Assembly (NCBI GenBank): GCA_031763465.1
Contig: JARFOE010000100.1
Location: forward strand, 3,769,614-3,804,768
Length of the DNA stretch: 35,155 nucleotides
Origin: Squatina squatina
Taxonomy: Eukaryota
Direction of reading: 5' to 3'
The position numbers and the translations under genes are program-made. A model generated the notes under the pieces. It saw nothing but the letters and a program-made list of their open reading frames with translations, did not search any database and was not told the origin of the DNA. This document shows positions 11,315-23,550 of the stretch, piece after piece; the first letter of the stretch is position 1, and each line of letters opens with the position of its first letter.

Positions 11315-11485
11315 CATTTAAAGAATTAATACATAATTTACAACCAATATACATTCCTTTGAGACACAAAAATGCCACAGGAAAAGTGGTCCAAACAGGG
11401 CTAACAAGAGAAGTTAAAAATAGTTCTGGACCAAAGGAAGAGGTTTATAATGTTGCCAAGAAGAGTAGTGACCCTGAGGACTGTG
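11315..11485 (+). mobile_element. CR1 LINE ORF2 fragment (linker between endonuclease and RT)
   Basis: FKELIHNLQPIYIPLRHKNATGKVVQTGLTREVKNSSGPKEEVYNVAKKSSDPEDC matches the 'Q..YIP...PWLTRE....KE.AY..A......EDW' pattern. Confidence 0.7.
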
Positions 11486-11585
11486 NNNNNNNNNNNNNNN
11501 NNNNNNNNNNNNNNNNNNNNNNNNNNNNNNNNNNNNNNNNNNNNNNNNNNNNNNNNNNNNNNNNNNNNNNNNNNNNNNNNNNNNN

Positions 11586-12050
11586 TCTCTGTTTCCTGCC
11601 TGTTAGCCAATCCTCTATCCACGTCTTTCTATGGCTTTAATATCCTGCATATATTGGGATGCCAAAACTTCATGTAATAGTTCACCCATGAGCTAACCAA
11701 TATCTTGTACAAATTCAACATAAAATCCTGGCTTCTCTTTTCAGTGCATGATCCCAGAATCCCATTTGTCTTTTTATGGTCTTTCACCCTTCACTTCCAT
11801 CTTAAAAGATCAATGTTCCACTCTTACAGTTCAGGGTAATCTGTTTTCCAAAATGTACTACCTCACACGTCTCAACATTGAATTGTACCTGCCACCTACC
11901 TGCCCACTCCATTAACCTTTCTATGTCCTGTAGTCTGCCACACAGTTTGCCATATTCCCTAATTTGGTATTAACAAATTCAATATCATTCCTCTTCGAGT
12001 CCAAACAATTTATATAAATATTAATCAAAAGAAATCCCAGTATCCAATCT
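11586..12050 (-). mobile_element. Heavily deleted CR1 LINE RT-region fragments
   Basis: ctgttagccaatcctctatcca (antisense of WIEDWLT) and aaaatgtactacctcacacgtctcaacattgaattgtacctgccac (antisense of WQVQFNVETCEVVHF). Confidence 0.7.
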
Positions 12051-13179
12051 TATATCGGAGGAAATCTTCTCACTAATGTCTATAAAATGTGAAAGAATCT
12101 TCCCCTATTATTTTTAAAGCTTAGCAACATTTCAAATGATAGTAATTTGAATATGTCTAAAGCTTATCTGCAATTGTTAATCTATAATTGAGAATAACAA
12201 AGAAATTAAATCAAAACTCTAACTAGCTTGTCCTAGATTTTTAAAAAACTGCTCCAGTCTTGAGTATTTGTATGTAAGCAGATGTGTTCAAGAGAATAAT
12301 GCTATTGTTTGTTCTGGTAATGATTTTATGAGATCTGTGATTATACAGTAGAAAACTTTGAAGCAGATGCTACCATGTTTGATTGCCCACTGGCATTTTC
12401 TACCATACTTCATAGCTCATTTCACATATCATTAAGGAAGCAATATGAACAATTCTGGGCTATAAATAGAGTTACTTAAAAGGAGAAATGCATATTATAA
12501 TAGTGCAGAAATGTACAATTTAATCTCATTGTCATATTATAGATATTATATTCTCTCAAATGTTTACATTCAGTGTGCCTTGCTAATAGATCCATCATTG
12601 CTACATGTCTAAATATAATGCATTTAACCACAATATTCATTATCTTTTTATAATTCATATTATTTACAGAGATTGAGTCATAACTAGATNNNNNNNNNNN
12701 NNNNNNNNNNNNNNNNNNNNNNNNNNNNNNNNNNNNNNNNNNNNNNNNNNNNNNNNNNNNNNNNNNNNNNNNNNNNNNNNNNNNNNNNNTTCCAGTTAAC
12801 TGTGCTGAGTGGCAGTTCTGTGGAATGTCAACACCATTGATTGCTCCTTGGATCTTGGGGTAATCAACTACCTTATAAACCTATATACTCCTTTCTCTCT
12901 GCTGCCTTGCTGTAATTCCAAATCTCAATTGTGCTGCTCTCCTCTGCAGTGCGTCAGTGACTTGAGGAATGCAGCTCTGTACTATTGCCTGGCTGATGTT
13001 ACATTGATCCCTGTGACTGCCTGAAGTGACCCTGTACCATAGAAGCTGAGGGTCGTGGTCACCTACACAGCCGGAGAGAGAGCAGCGTGGCCAGATACTG
13101 TGGCCTGAGGCCGTCTTGCAGCAGGTTGGAGAGATGCCCTCCTGCCCCTTTGCTGACGTGCACTCTACATATGCACAAC

Positions 13180-14778
13180 ATGGCAGAAAGGAGGCTCCAA
13201 GAGTTTCCCGATGTTGCACTCAAGGCCTTGGTGGAGGAGGTGGAGAGAAGGAGAGAAGGAGAGATGTGCTCTAGCCACAGGATGCCATGAGGCCCTCCAC
13301 TCAAATGCTCAGAAAGCAATGCGAGTAGATAACTGTGGCAGTCAATGCCAGGAGTCAAGCCCTAGGACCTGGATCCAATGCTGCAAAAAGTTCAATCACC
13401 TCACATGAGTGGTCAAGGCGAGTGAATGCATCTTCAAATGTCATATCCCACCGACTGCACCACTCGCCTCAGACACTGTTGAATGCACCACCCCCTCATC
13501 ACTCACCTACCACCAATCTCTATTTGGACTCATACCTAACATTCATAACTTTACCTCACCCTCGCACACTTAGTACTGCTGCAAGCCTCACATCCACATC
13601 TCACAGCTTGCAGATACTGCTAGCTGTTCAACCATGACAACCAGATCACCCAACAGATTGCACCACACTTACTGACACACTTCCCTCTCTTGCAGGACAA
13701 GGTGATGCACAACCAGAGGCAGCAAGAGCTAGCCGGCGGAGGACAGGTGCAGCGGCATGGCCTTTCCCCCATGGAGGAGACGGTGCTCACTATCATTGGA
13801 CCGTCCATTGTTGAGGCTGTGGCCAGCTGCGGGGCTGAAACAATAGAAGATGATGGTAACCTCATAACTAATCCTCCTTCTCACATCCCACTTCCCTCTC
13901 ATCCTACAACCTCTTCTGACTTACAAGCTGCAGATGGTGTGATGTGCACCTCTTCCTTCCCCCCTCTGCTCACCACAGCCATACCCTTGTGCCTTTCTCA
14001 TTTCAGATACCTCAGAACTGCAATCTGGGCAGGCAGTGGTGGAAGAGCAACAGGTGGAGGAGCAGGAAGACACTGATGACGAATAAACACTGTCACTCGA
14101 TTTCACACTCGCAGCCACTGCACATAATTTTGAGGATAGCTTCGAGGCGGCATCTACACGTGGTGAGACACCGGGCACAAGTGGCCTGCAGCCAGGGCAG
14201 GGGGCAAAGGTAGCGCAAGTGCCAGCTCGCTGGAAAGCGAAGTTGTGCATGGGTACTGCTGCAGAGGACTCAGATGAGTACTTTAATGGGGCAGCCTAAA
14301 GGAGAAGACTGATGGGTATGCACACTGAAATGCTTGGTGCATTGGGAAGTCTGCCAGAAAGCCTGCGTGCAATATCACAGAGCATGGAGGGATCTGGCAC
14401 CAAATCGGCACAGGGTTTCGCGCAGAGCTTGGAGCCCATTCTTTCCAGCAACTCCATTAGCGCACTTGTTGACCCAACCATGATGCAGTGTCTGATGGCC
14501 GATGTCTCGGCTTCCATTGCAGCACAAGCTAAAGCCACCAAAAATCTGGGTGCTGCCATGCAAGCTCAGACTGTTCTTATGCAAGCTCTGCTTGCTGCCA
14601 TCATGGCAGTGGTTACCAGTGTTCAAAGGGACTTGCAGGGTGTGACAGTAGTCCAGCAATCTGTTCTCCAACAAATTACTAAGATTGCTGAAGCGCTGCC
14701 GCAGGCGAGTGGAAGTGGCTCTGTGGAGCATGAACCTGCTGTCCTCTCTCAGGATGACAGCATTCGTTGTCCCACAAC
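13180..14778 (+). pseudogene. Decayed three-exon Myb/SANT-like DNA-binding gene of PIF/Harbinger transposon type (copy 1)
   Basis: Exon 1 13180-13417: MAERRLQEFPDVALKALVEEVERRR/DVL*PQ...LRKQCE*ITVAVNARSQA/PRTWIQCCKKFNHLT*VVK (trihelix pattern F....L..LV.....W..IA..VN....RT..QC.KK..L), with frameshifts and stops. Exon 2 13696-13855 after tctcttgcag: DKVMHNQRQQELAGGG...LSPMEETVLTIIG. Exon 3 from 14007 after tttcag: acidic stretch then a helical A/Q-rich region, in frame with ORF 14312; runs into a gap. Confidence 0.8.
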
Positions 14779-14878
14779 NNNNNNNNNNNNNNNNNNNNNN
14801 NNNNNNNNNNNNNNNNNNNNNNNNNNNNNNNNNNNNNNNNNNNNNNNNNNNNNNNNNNNNNNNNNNNNNNNNNNNNNN

Positions 14879-15694
14879 AGCAGTGTCACCCCCCAGGACC
14901 TAGCTCCAGTGCCCAAAGAAGCTTCATGACCACAGACCAGTGGTCAAGGTCAGTGAATGCATTTTTAAAAGACATCTCCTACCAACTGCATCACCACCCT
15001 CACATACTGTTCATTGCAGGTGCTGCACCTCCCCATCACTCACCTAACAACAATCTCTACCAAACACGAGGCACATCTCACAGTCTTAACTTCTCACCCA
15101 CTTGGAGGAGACAGTGCTAGCCATTCTTGGGAGGGGCATGGCTGAGCCTTCTCACTTCCCACTTCCCCCTCATCACACAACCTCTTCTGCTTTACAAGGT
15201 GTGCATGATGAAAGCATGCACCTCTTGCTTTCCTGCCCTTCCCTCACCAAAACTCTACCCTAATTTCTCTGTATGTAGCTCGGTGTTAAATTTTGTTTTG
15301 TAATGCGCCTGTGAAGCGCCTTGGGACGTTTTACTACATTAAAAGCGCTACATAAATGCAAGTTGTTGTTGTTACCCTTGTGCCTTCCTCATTTCACACA
15401 TCCAAGAAATGCAGCCTGTCCAGCCAGTGGGAGGAGACGAAGAAGGAGAAGAAGAAAGAGAAGTAGAAGGAGAAGCAGAAGCAGAAGAAACACTGTCACT
15501 CGATTTGACACTCCAGCCACCAGCTCCTCAAGATCGCCCAGCAAAGCCATTTGCAGTGCCCCCCACTGAAAGTCAGCAGCCTTCCACAAGCCATGCTGCA
15601 TCCACTGGGGTAGCACTGTGTGACATCAGAAGGATAGACAAAGGCACACACAAGACAGTCACTAAGGGAATGCATAAATGTGATGAATTGATTT
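14879..15694 (+). pseudogene. Second, divergent and internally deleted copy of the Harbinger-type Myb/SANT gene
   Basis: cccaggacctagctccagtgcccaaagaagcttcatgac...gtggtcaag|gtcagtgaatgcat aligns with 13361-13431; ggaggagacagtgct aligns with exon 2; aaacactgtcactcgatttgacactc aligns with 14085-14110. Confidence 0.75.
15262..15372 (+). mobile_element. 5'-truncated L2-like LINE 3' end with (GTT)n tail and 6-bp TSD
   Basis: tgtgaagcgccttgggacgttttactacattaaaagcgctacataaatgcaagttgttgttgt is flanked by taccct at 15256-15261 and 15373-15378. The corresponding empty site (atacccttgtgcc) is present in copy 1 at 13981. Confidence 0.8.
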
Positions 15695-15794
15695 NNNNNN
15701 NNNNNNNNNNNNNNNNNNNNNNNNNNNNNNNNNNNNNNNNNNNNNNNNNNNNNNNNNNNNNNNNNNNNNNNNNNNNNNNNNNNNNNNNNNNNNN

Positions 15795-15912
15795 TCCTTA
15801 TTTCGACGTTTAGTTGTGCATGTGTGGACACCGGAAGTTGCTGTCTGATTTAAATTTTAATAATGGTGAGTGCTGATAGCCTCACAATCACTTCTACCAC
15901 AAATTTCGGGCC
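15795..15912. mobile_element. Right terminus of a Harbinger-like element
   Basis: Ends aaatttcgggcc; its reverse complement ggcccgaaatttgtgg...gcactcaccatt resembles the left terminus at 17812 (ggcccggattttgcgg...gcacttgccatt). Confidence 0.5.
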
Positions 15913-17811
15913 ATTACAGTTCAAATAGTGCTTTAATGAGGGAGGCACACTATTGTTCAGTTTTTTTTGTTGAACCTCTAGTGCAGAATCATTACTTATA
16001 TGCAAAATATATTGAAGAAAACACAACTCTGGGGTGAATTTTAAAAAATTGCTTAATTTTAGAAGGTACAATAGAACCAGTTTTCTAAGTTTAAGTATTG
16101 AATGACTCCGGGATAACCGATTACTAGAAAAATATAACATCACAGCTTTTGATGTAATGCAGTACAAAAGCATCAGTGTTCCTTATTTAAACAAATAAAT
16201 GTGGGTTTACATCAAAGCAATAGATCCAGTGATTGTTCACTGGATAGATAATGTTGCCTGGACAACAGATGAGCCAAGGGTCTCATAATTATTCTACTTA
16301 AACAGACACATTCAAGCTTTCGGAAGATATAGACATCACAAGCTTTGTAGAAATAGGAAATGTTAATCAAAGTACCCTGAGATAGGTTGCGCTGTGTTGC
16401 ATGAAAAAATTGACCCATTAAATATAAAATTGGTCATATATTATTCATTATTTTAAATGCTTCAATTGTGGCCACTCTGTTAGACTATTTTGAGGACTGG
16501 CATTCAAGTGTTTAAAATTGATTGCTTCTGATAAGAATGTTGATATTTTCCCTTCACTGATGAAATTTGTGTTATTTTGTTACCAGTGGTGACTCCATTA
16601 TCTGATTGAGTATTGAAGCAAATTGATTCATTGCTCTAAAGCTAATTCAGATGGAGCTTAGTATTGGACAAGAGTCTATTCTTAATTTGAACAAGATCAA
16701 TTATGATCTTTGTAATATACTGGGGGTAGATTTTCTGATCAGGCCTCCGGTTTAATCAGGCGGTGTGTTAATATTACCTACCCTATCTTGCGTGTTTAAT
16801 TTTGTGGGGTCAGCTTCATTTACATAATGTGGACAAGATCCCAACTAAGATTGGGCCTGACACTGAGAGCTCTCTGGGGGAAGGGAGAGAAGACAGGAAA
16901 TTGTGCACAAGTTTCCCTTCATATTCTGCTCATAAGGGTGATCAGTAAATTTAAAGGATGTGGCCACTTAAAGGTAGGAGGTTATATATGGGGTAGCCTT
17001 TACAAAAGATGCTAATATTTTTTATGCCTATTTTAGATTTTGCAAAATTTGGATAACAAGAAAGCCTGGCAAAACACTATGGTTTGCACAAAAATCGTGG
17101 ATTCAGGAGACAGAATTTGTGGTCAAGTGATGTTTGATGATTACAAAGTGGAGGTGGAGCAGAAAGAGGTGCTTGGGAGGTGTGTGGTCCTACTAACCAT
17201 TCCTGGGCACTCTTTCCATACAACAGCATTGCAGCATGCTTGAAAAGAAGGGGAGGAAAGGGACTTGGAAGAGCAGCAGGCTATTGGCAGTGCCAGCCCT
17301 ATGGCGATTATTGCCTGCAGGTGTTCTTACAGCAGATGGCACAGCTCTGTGTTGTGCTGTCTGCTGTCCCGGAGCCTGTGTCATCAGTTCAGCATGGTTA
17401 TTGCTAGGTAGGTACACCTCGATCTGTAAATGTGTTTGGAAGGATACCAACAGGCCGCAGTATGCCTCTGGTTCAGTCTGACCTGCCTGGCATCCGTCCA
17501 TTGTTTCTCTTGTTCTTTGAAAAAATCATAAGGGGGAATTCCTACATCAAAATAAAAGGCAGTGACAAAATACTTGGCACAAAGCCCATTGACCAACTAA
17601 GTGGAAACAGAAAAAACTCAAAAGGAAAGAATAAAAAATGTTCAGAAGTAGCCTCAAAATGCTGCTATAAATCTTACAGTGGGACCTCCAAATGAATGTC
17701 TGTAAATAGCACATCCCAATAGCCCTGAGTGTTCATTTAAAATGTAGCTAAACTGCTGTAAATGCCAGTAAATTGCACAGACATCAAAATGACATCATTA
17801 GGCCTAATTTT

Positions 17812-17904
17812 GGCCCGGATTTTGCGGACAGCGGTGAAGAAATGGCACTTGCCATTGACCTCGTGAAAAGCTGCCACAAAGTTTTAGCAGTCTCTAGAGA
17901 GTAG
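17812..17904. mobile_element. Left terminus of a Harbinger-like element, truncated by a gap
   Basis: ggcccggattttgcggacagcggtga; similar to the inverted end at 15912. Confidence 0.45.
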
Positions 17905-18004
17905 NNNNNNNNNNNNNNNNNNNNNNNNNNNNNNNNNNNNNNNNNNNNNNNNNNNNNNNNNNNNNNNNNNNNNNNNNNNNNNNNNNNNNNNNNNNNNNNN
18001 NNNN

Positions 18005-18185
18005 GGTCATTATCACATTGCTGTTTGTGGGAGCTTGCTGTGCGCAAATTGGCTGCCACGTTTCCTACATTGCAACAGTGAGTACACTTTATTAAAAAAA
18101 AAGTACTTCCTTGTCTGTAAAGCACTTAAGGAGGTCCCGAGGTTGTAAAAGGTGTTTTAAAGCAACTTATTTCTTTCTTCTTTCT
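18005..18185 (+). mobile_element. 3' half of Deu-type SINE
   Basis: ggtcattatcacattgctgtttgtgggagcttgctgtgcgcaaattggctgccacgtttcc...tgtaaagcactt...ttctttcttc. Confidence 0.85.
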
Positions 18186-18632
18186 AAGAAGGTAATATCA
18201 AATAATTGCCTTGCCGATGCATAAAGCTGCCTACAGTTCAGCGGGCATAAGACGGTGGGTGTGGCAAATGGATCAGGACTCACGAAGTAAGCACTGTTCT
18301 AGTGAGACTAGGGTTAAGGCATGATAGGCAGAGTGGAAGCAGCAGTACTAGAGGAGCTAAAAGTTCATCCCACTCCCCAGCACCAACAATCACCAGGAAC
18401 AACCCAGAGATGAACATAAATGTGTGCGACTGAAAGTTAGATGTCCAGACATTGAAACTCATGATCCCACGGTGATACAAAGATGTGCCATAGACTAAAT
18501 GTTACACACATTTGATTTGTTCTACGGCAACTTTTTAAACATCACTTGTTCTAGACAGTTTAGGAATCTAAGAGGATTTCATCTCGTTTTGAATTCAGTC
18601 CTTATCCAATTTTGCCCTTTTTCAACTCAGTC

Positions 18633-19650
18633 AGATCATAGAACTTTACAGCACGAGGACACCATTCGGCCCATGCTGACTCTCAAAAGAGCCATCCATT
18701 TAGCCCCATACCCCTGTTCATTTCCCATACACTGGTCAAATTATCCTTTTTCACAGATTTACCCAACTCCCTTTTAAAATCTGCCCCCCTCTATCCTGTC
18801 TGGGGGGCATTCCATGTCCTAACTCTGCATTAAAAAAAAATACTAACCCCTCCTTTTATTCTTCTGATGACCTTGTATCTCTTCCAGTCACTGACTGGTG
18901 GAAACGTTTTTTCTTTTTACCTCATCAGAATTTTGAAGACCTCCAACAGATCTCCCCATAACCTTCCCCTCCCATTGAAACAAGCCTCGATTTCTCTACT
19001 CCTCAGAGCTAAAGCTCCTCACAGCCCAGTTACCTTCTGCACCCTATCCAAGGCCCAGGCACCCTTCCTATTGTAGAGAGACCAAAACCTAGACTATTCC
19101 AACAGTAGCCTGACCAATAATTTATGTAGAGTCAGCATTAATTCCGCTTTTAGATTCTCTGATCCTATTTAAAAATGGTAAATAAACAAAAGATTGTTTT
19201 GGACATGTCTTTCCTTTTGGATTCATTAAAGATCCTTAAATTAAGCCATATAGCTTAGAAAGTATTAATTCAATCCCATATTATGGCCTCCAGAATCTTA
19301 CTCACTACCAGTTATCTGGTTTATCTCTTACTGAGCAGGGCGTTACATTGGCAACTCTCCAGTTCTCCATATCCAAGGCAGTTTGAAAGATTGGGAGAGC
19401 CTCCACTTTTCTCAGCATTCTAAGATGCCGTCAAGAGCGTTTTCCACTTTTGGGTTCCACCTATTTTATTCAGCACTCCTTCCCTTTCTACAGTTATCCA
19501 GTCCAATTGCTCCACCTCCTCCCCTTGTACCCTTTCATTTACACTATCATAATCTTCTGTGAAAATCAAGATAAAGTACTCATTTAATACTGCTGCCATT
19601 TCTTCACCCTCCATTAGAAGATTTCCTTTTTTTACCTCCAATTGGTCCTA
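18633..19650 (-). mobile_element. Old, deleted CR1 LINE (3' tail plus ORF2 pieces)
   Basis: atcatagaactttacagcac...ccattcggccc is an antisense CR1 tail. ORF 19420-19641 reads EGEEMAAVLNEYFILIFTED...ITVEREGVL, matching CR1 'EEMAEVLNEYFASVFT.ED'. Confidence 0.75.
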
Positions 19651-21373
19651 ATTTTTCTTTATGTTTTCTTTTATATTTTTTGTGTTTATAAAATTGAATA
19701 CCCTTCAATTTCCAGTCTGCAAATGGAGCTGTTATGAATTCGAGTCTCCGTAGATACCTTCAGTAGTTTAAGTCGCTCCTGTGAATGGTCTGAACGTCTT
19801 ACTGTTATGGGAGTTGACTCAAACTGCCCTATACCTACTTGCATGGTAGTGCAATGGGGGAGGGGGTGGAGAACAATAGAATCCCCATGAAACTTGTACT
19901 AGATATGCATGAATTTTGCACATGTTTTAAAGACAAGCCTAGTTAACAGAAGATGAAGCAAAGTTTGGTCTAAATTGTAAACTGCAATTGGAATGATTAG
20001 AAGAACATCGTGCACTTATTTCAGCAATCTGTGGCAACAATATCACTATAGCTAGTATTACAGTAACCTGTCACAGCCACACCACTACTGCCAGTATTGA
20101 CTCTAAAATATCACTGATGAAGGCTACTAACGAGTAAAATTCTAACTTACACAAGGAAAGGTAAGTACCATAACAATGCCACAGATGCAATTTTCCTGTT
20201 CCAGTACGTGTTTATTACTCAGCCAGAAGTTTTATGAAAAGGTCAAACTGAGACACACACGTAGTCAATCCAAGCAGGCAGCTGCTAAGACAGGTAGACA
20301 CTGTTGAAAGATAGATGGGTTCAGTAAAAGGAAGAGACCCTAACTCCTCAGACCCACAGTAAGTACCTGCCTGCCTGTGTGAAAATAGTTTATTTTATAT
20401 AAAAAAAGAATATGGATTCAATTTATAACTCTGGACGAATTCAGCATTAGATGTGTACTGTAAACAACTCTGATTCTCAGTCTCCAAGTGACACAAATCT
20501 AGCTTTGCCCTTGATCAGACATTGGATGAAAGGTTTTTTTAAATGTATGTTTGAAAATACATGGTATGTCACAGTTGAACGGATTTACTTCAATGTTCAA
20601 AAGAAGGCTTAGGAAGCATAAAGCCGACCTGGATTTCTCCCATGGATGCATGCCACGCTNNNNNNNNNNNNNNNNNNNNNNNNNNNNNNNNNNNNNNNNN
20701 NNNNNNNNNNNNNNNNNNNNNNNNNNNNNNNNNNNNNNNNNNNNNNNNNNNNNNNNNNNATCTGCACATGGTGAGTCATCGGGCATGAGCAGGCTGCAGC
20801 AAGGGCAGGGGAAAGGGGTTGAACAAGTACTATGGCTACAGCAGTCCACAAGGCTCAGTTGCATAAGTAGATGCTGACAAAGACGGAAGGGAAGAATGAA
20901 TGGTTGGAATAATATCCACTTCCTGCAAGTTTATGCCCAAATCCTTGAAGTTAACAAGAACAATAATTAAGTGCTTAGGCTAGTCTAAAATCAGAAAAAA
21001 GGTCAGCAGGAGTAACAGTTTAAAACCTATGACATTTCATTGCCTTAAGTTATATGTGATGCATAATGACATTCTGCCTTGAAGCATTATTCACATGCCT
21101 GGAGACATTTTTCACATTCTGTCCCTAATCTTTATGTGCTTTGCCTTGATTTAACCAATTGCGTGTGAGAATGAAACTGATTGTAAGTCATATTGTAATT
21201 GAGTAAATTAGCCATGTGGAGCACTAAAGAGAAGCATCAAGAACGATTCTTACATGATTGATTGTAATAGATCGCTTCCAGTTTGAAATTGTTCAGTTTT
21301 AAAATGTGTAATTTGCTACTCACTTTGCCTCATCAATTACTCACAGACAGCATTCAGAACTTGAAACTTACCA

Positions 21374-21449
21374 GGCCGATTTTAACCCAATCTGCCCGGC
21401 GAGAACAGGGTGGGTGATTGATTAAAATATCAAAAATTGACTTACTGCC
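21374..21449. mobile_element. Terminal fragment related to the 30659-31456 MITE family
   Basis: ggccgattttaaccc...aacagggtgggt...ttaaaat resembles the reverse complement of the right end at 31400-31456. Confidence 0.4.
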
Positions 21450-22182
21450 NNNNNNNNNNNNNNNNNNNNNNNNNNNNNNNNNNNNNNNNNNNNNNNNNNN
21501 NNNNNNNNNNNNNNNNNNNNNNNNNNNNNNNNNNNNNNNNNNNNNNNNNTGATGTCCAGGCTGGGCCTATATACAACTTCACATCAAGTAGCCCTGCTCT
21601 GTCACCAGCAGGGCTCCTGGCTCAGGTGAGCTCCAGGAGTCTCTGGAGGAAGAGAGGCGAAGAGAGAGAGTATGAGAGGCAGGTTTACAGGCATCACCTG
21701 GCTTTATACTCCACCCACTGGAGTTGCCGTAGGTGTAACTAGCAAAGTCACAACCTTGTTCCTGAGACATTGCATAAGTCAAAACCCATTCTCAGTACAT
21801 AACACCTAATAATTGGCTTCACTGCAGTTGTGAATCACTGCTGTCAAAAGTTTACTGCCCTGTTAAATCTACGCCATAAAATGCAAACTGGTGTTGCTAA
21901 CAATCAACATACTTCCACATCTAGACGGGCAATACTAGTGTGGCATTATCATCCAGAACATTTCCAAATAGAATTGTTTCACTGCTATGCTACGTTTCAT
22001 TATGTACCTCTATGTATTTACTCTTTACGGATATATAAAAATGGCGGCTGATTACTGGTCTCACTTAAGTGTACACGTTATCTGATAGGATTTTGCTTTC
22101 CCCAANNNNNNNNNNTTAAGTTACAGAAAGGAAAGATGATCTGTGTTTTTAAAATATTTTCTTAGTTCATTTTTAGTTCAAA

Positions 22183-22252
22183 ATTCGTTCCTGGGATGTG
22201 GGCATCGCTAGCGAGGTCAGCATTTATTGCCCATCCCTAGTTGCCCTTGAGA
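22183..22252 (-). mobile_element. CR1-group LINE/SINE 3' tail
   Basis: attcgttcctgggatgtgggcatcgctagcgaggtcagcatttattgcccatccctagttgcccttgag; homologous to 7322-7375 and to the reverse complement of 34188-34258. Confidence 0.8.
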
Positions 22253-23550
22253 TAATGTATGAAATTGCCTCTTTTTGTGAATCCCAAACTTGACCAAACA
22301 CACAATTGCAAAATAATAACTGCATTTGTCTTCTGTCAACAAATATTGANNNNNNNNNNNNNNNNNNNNNNNNNNNNNNNNNNNNNNNNNNNNNNNNNNN
22401 NNNNNNNNNNNNNNNNNNNNNNNNNNNNNNNNNNNNNNNNNNNNNNNNNTATTGACATAATATTACTACTGGAAAATTGCTTTGTGATGTGAAGTGTGTC
22501 TTACAAATAACCATGACTTCACACTCTCTGGTACTTTAACTAAAAAGGCTGATCTGTTATCTGGAACAATATAGGTTTAGGACAATAAAAGGATGACTAT
22601 TCATTCATTGTCATTGGGGGAGACATAATGCACTGTGATGGATGAGAGAGTCTTTTATTTCTTAATTACTTATATTTTAAGAAAATTGAGGAAGTTGTTG
22701 ATCCAGTCCACCAAATAATATACATTACAATTAATAGCAGCCTGCATGTTTTCAAACCCCACCTCCCCACCCCCCACAAAATTACTACTTTTGGAGAAAT
22801 TATTACTATTTTCAATCAGGTTATATTGTACCTCGTACCAGATTATACTGCTAAATTGACCACAGCAATATAAACTGTTGACATAAAAAGCATCTATTAA
22901 TCTTTCTTTTTGCCAACTCATTTATTGAACAGTTACATATCAAATAAATAATACTGGTATCAATTCCTTACACATTAGACTTATACCATATATTTTGTTT
23001 TTGAGGACTATTTTAGATCCATCTGTTTAGCAAAATTTGAAAAAATGAGATCATTACCAAATCCAATAAATCCTATTGATTAAATTATAATAGTTTGTCA
23101 TTCAGCAATCTATTATATAGACCAATGCAGAACTGTCCAACATAATGTGTCATAAATAGACTACTTAATTAAACATTTATAAGATCAATTTCAGAAGTAA
23201 TTAAAGGTTTAGAATTAAATAGTAAGTAGATGGACATAACAGCCCCTCGTGGCTATAAGTGGCTAGAGTTATAATTAAATTTAAATCACTCACAAAATGA
23301 AACATTTGGATTATTGGTCATGATTNNNNNNNNNNTGGTACTATTTTTGAAGTGCTTTTGAATATATAGTCACTGCTTCTGCAAAGTCTGTACCCAACCT
23401 TTGATATCAGCAACACTGTTACTGTAAAGAATTTACATATATTGTTGTTGATGTAAACCTTTATGAATCTTCAGTAGGTATTTTTAAGTATTAAACTTTT
23501 CTTCCTGTTACTGCTACCATTTGAAATTAAATTAATAAATGTAATCCAAA

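Noticed and set aside
14312-14929. 205-aa ORF as a stand-alone gene
   Set aside because: It is part of exon 3 of the Myb/SANT relic, has in-frame stops upstream and spans a gap.
15321-15616. Arg-rich (protamine-like) and Leu-rich (signal-peptide-like) ORFs
   Set aside because: Alternative frames of the GAA-rich acidic tract of Myb copy 2.
20150-20380. Two + strand GTAAGT donor-like sites with SOX/ETS-like motifs
   Set aside because: No matching acceptor or ORF; the motifs are short enough to be chance.
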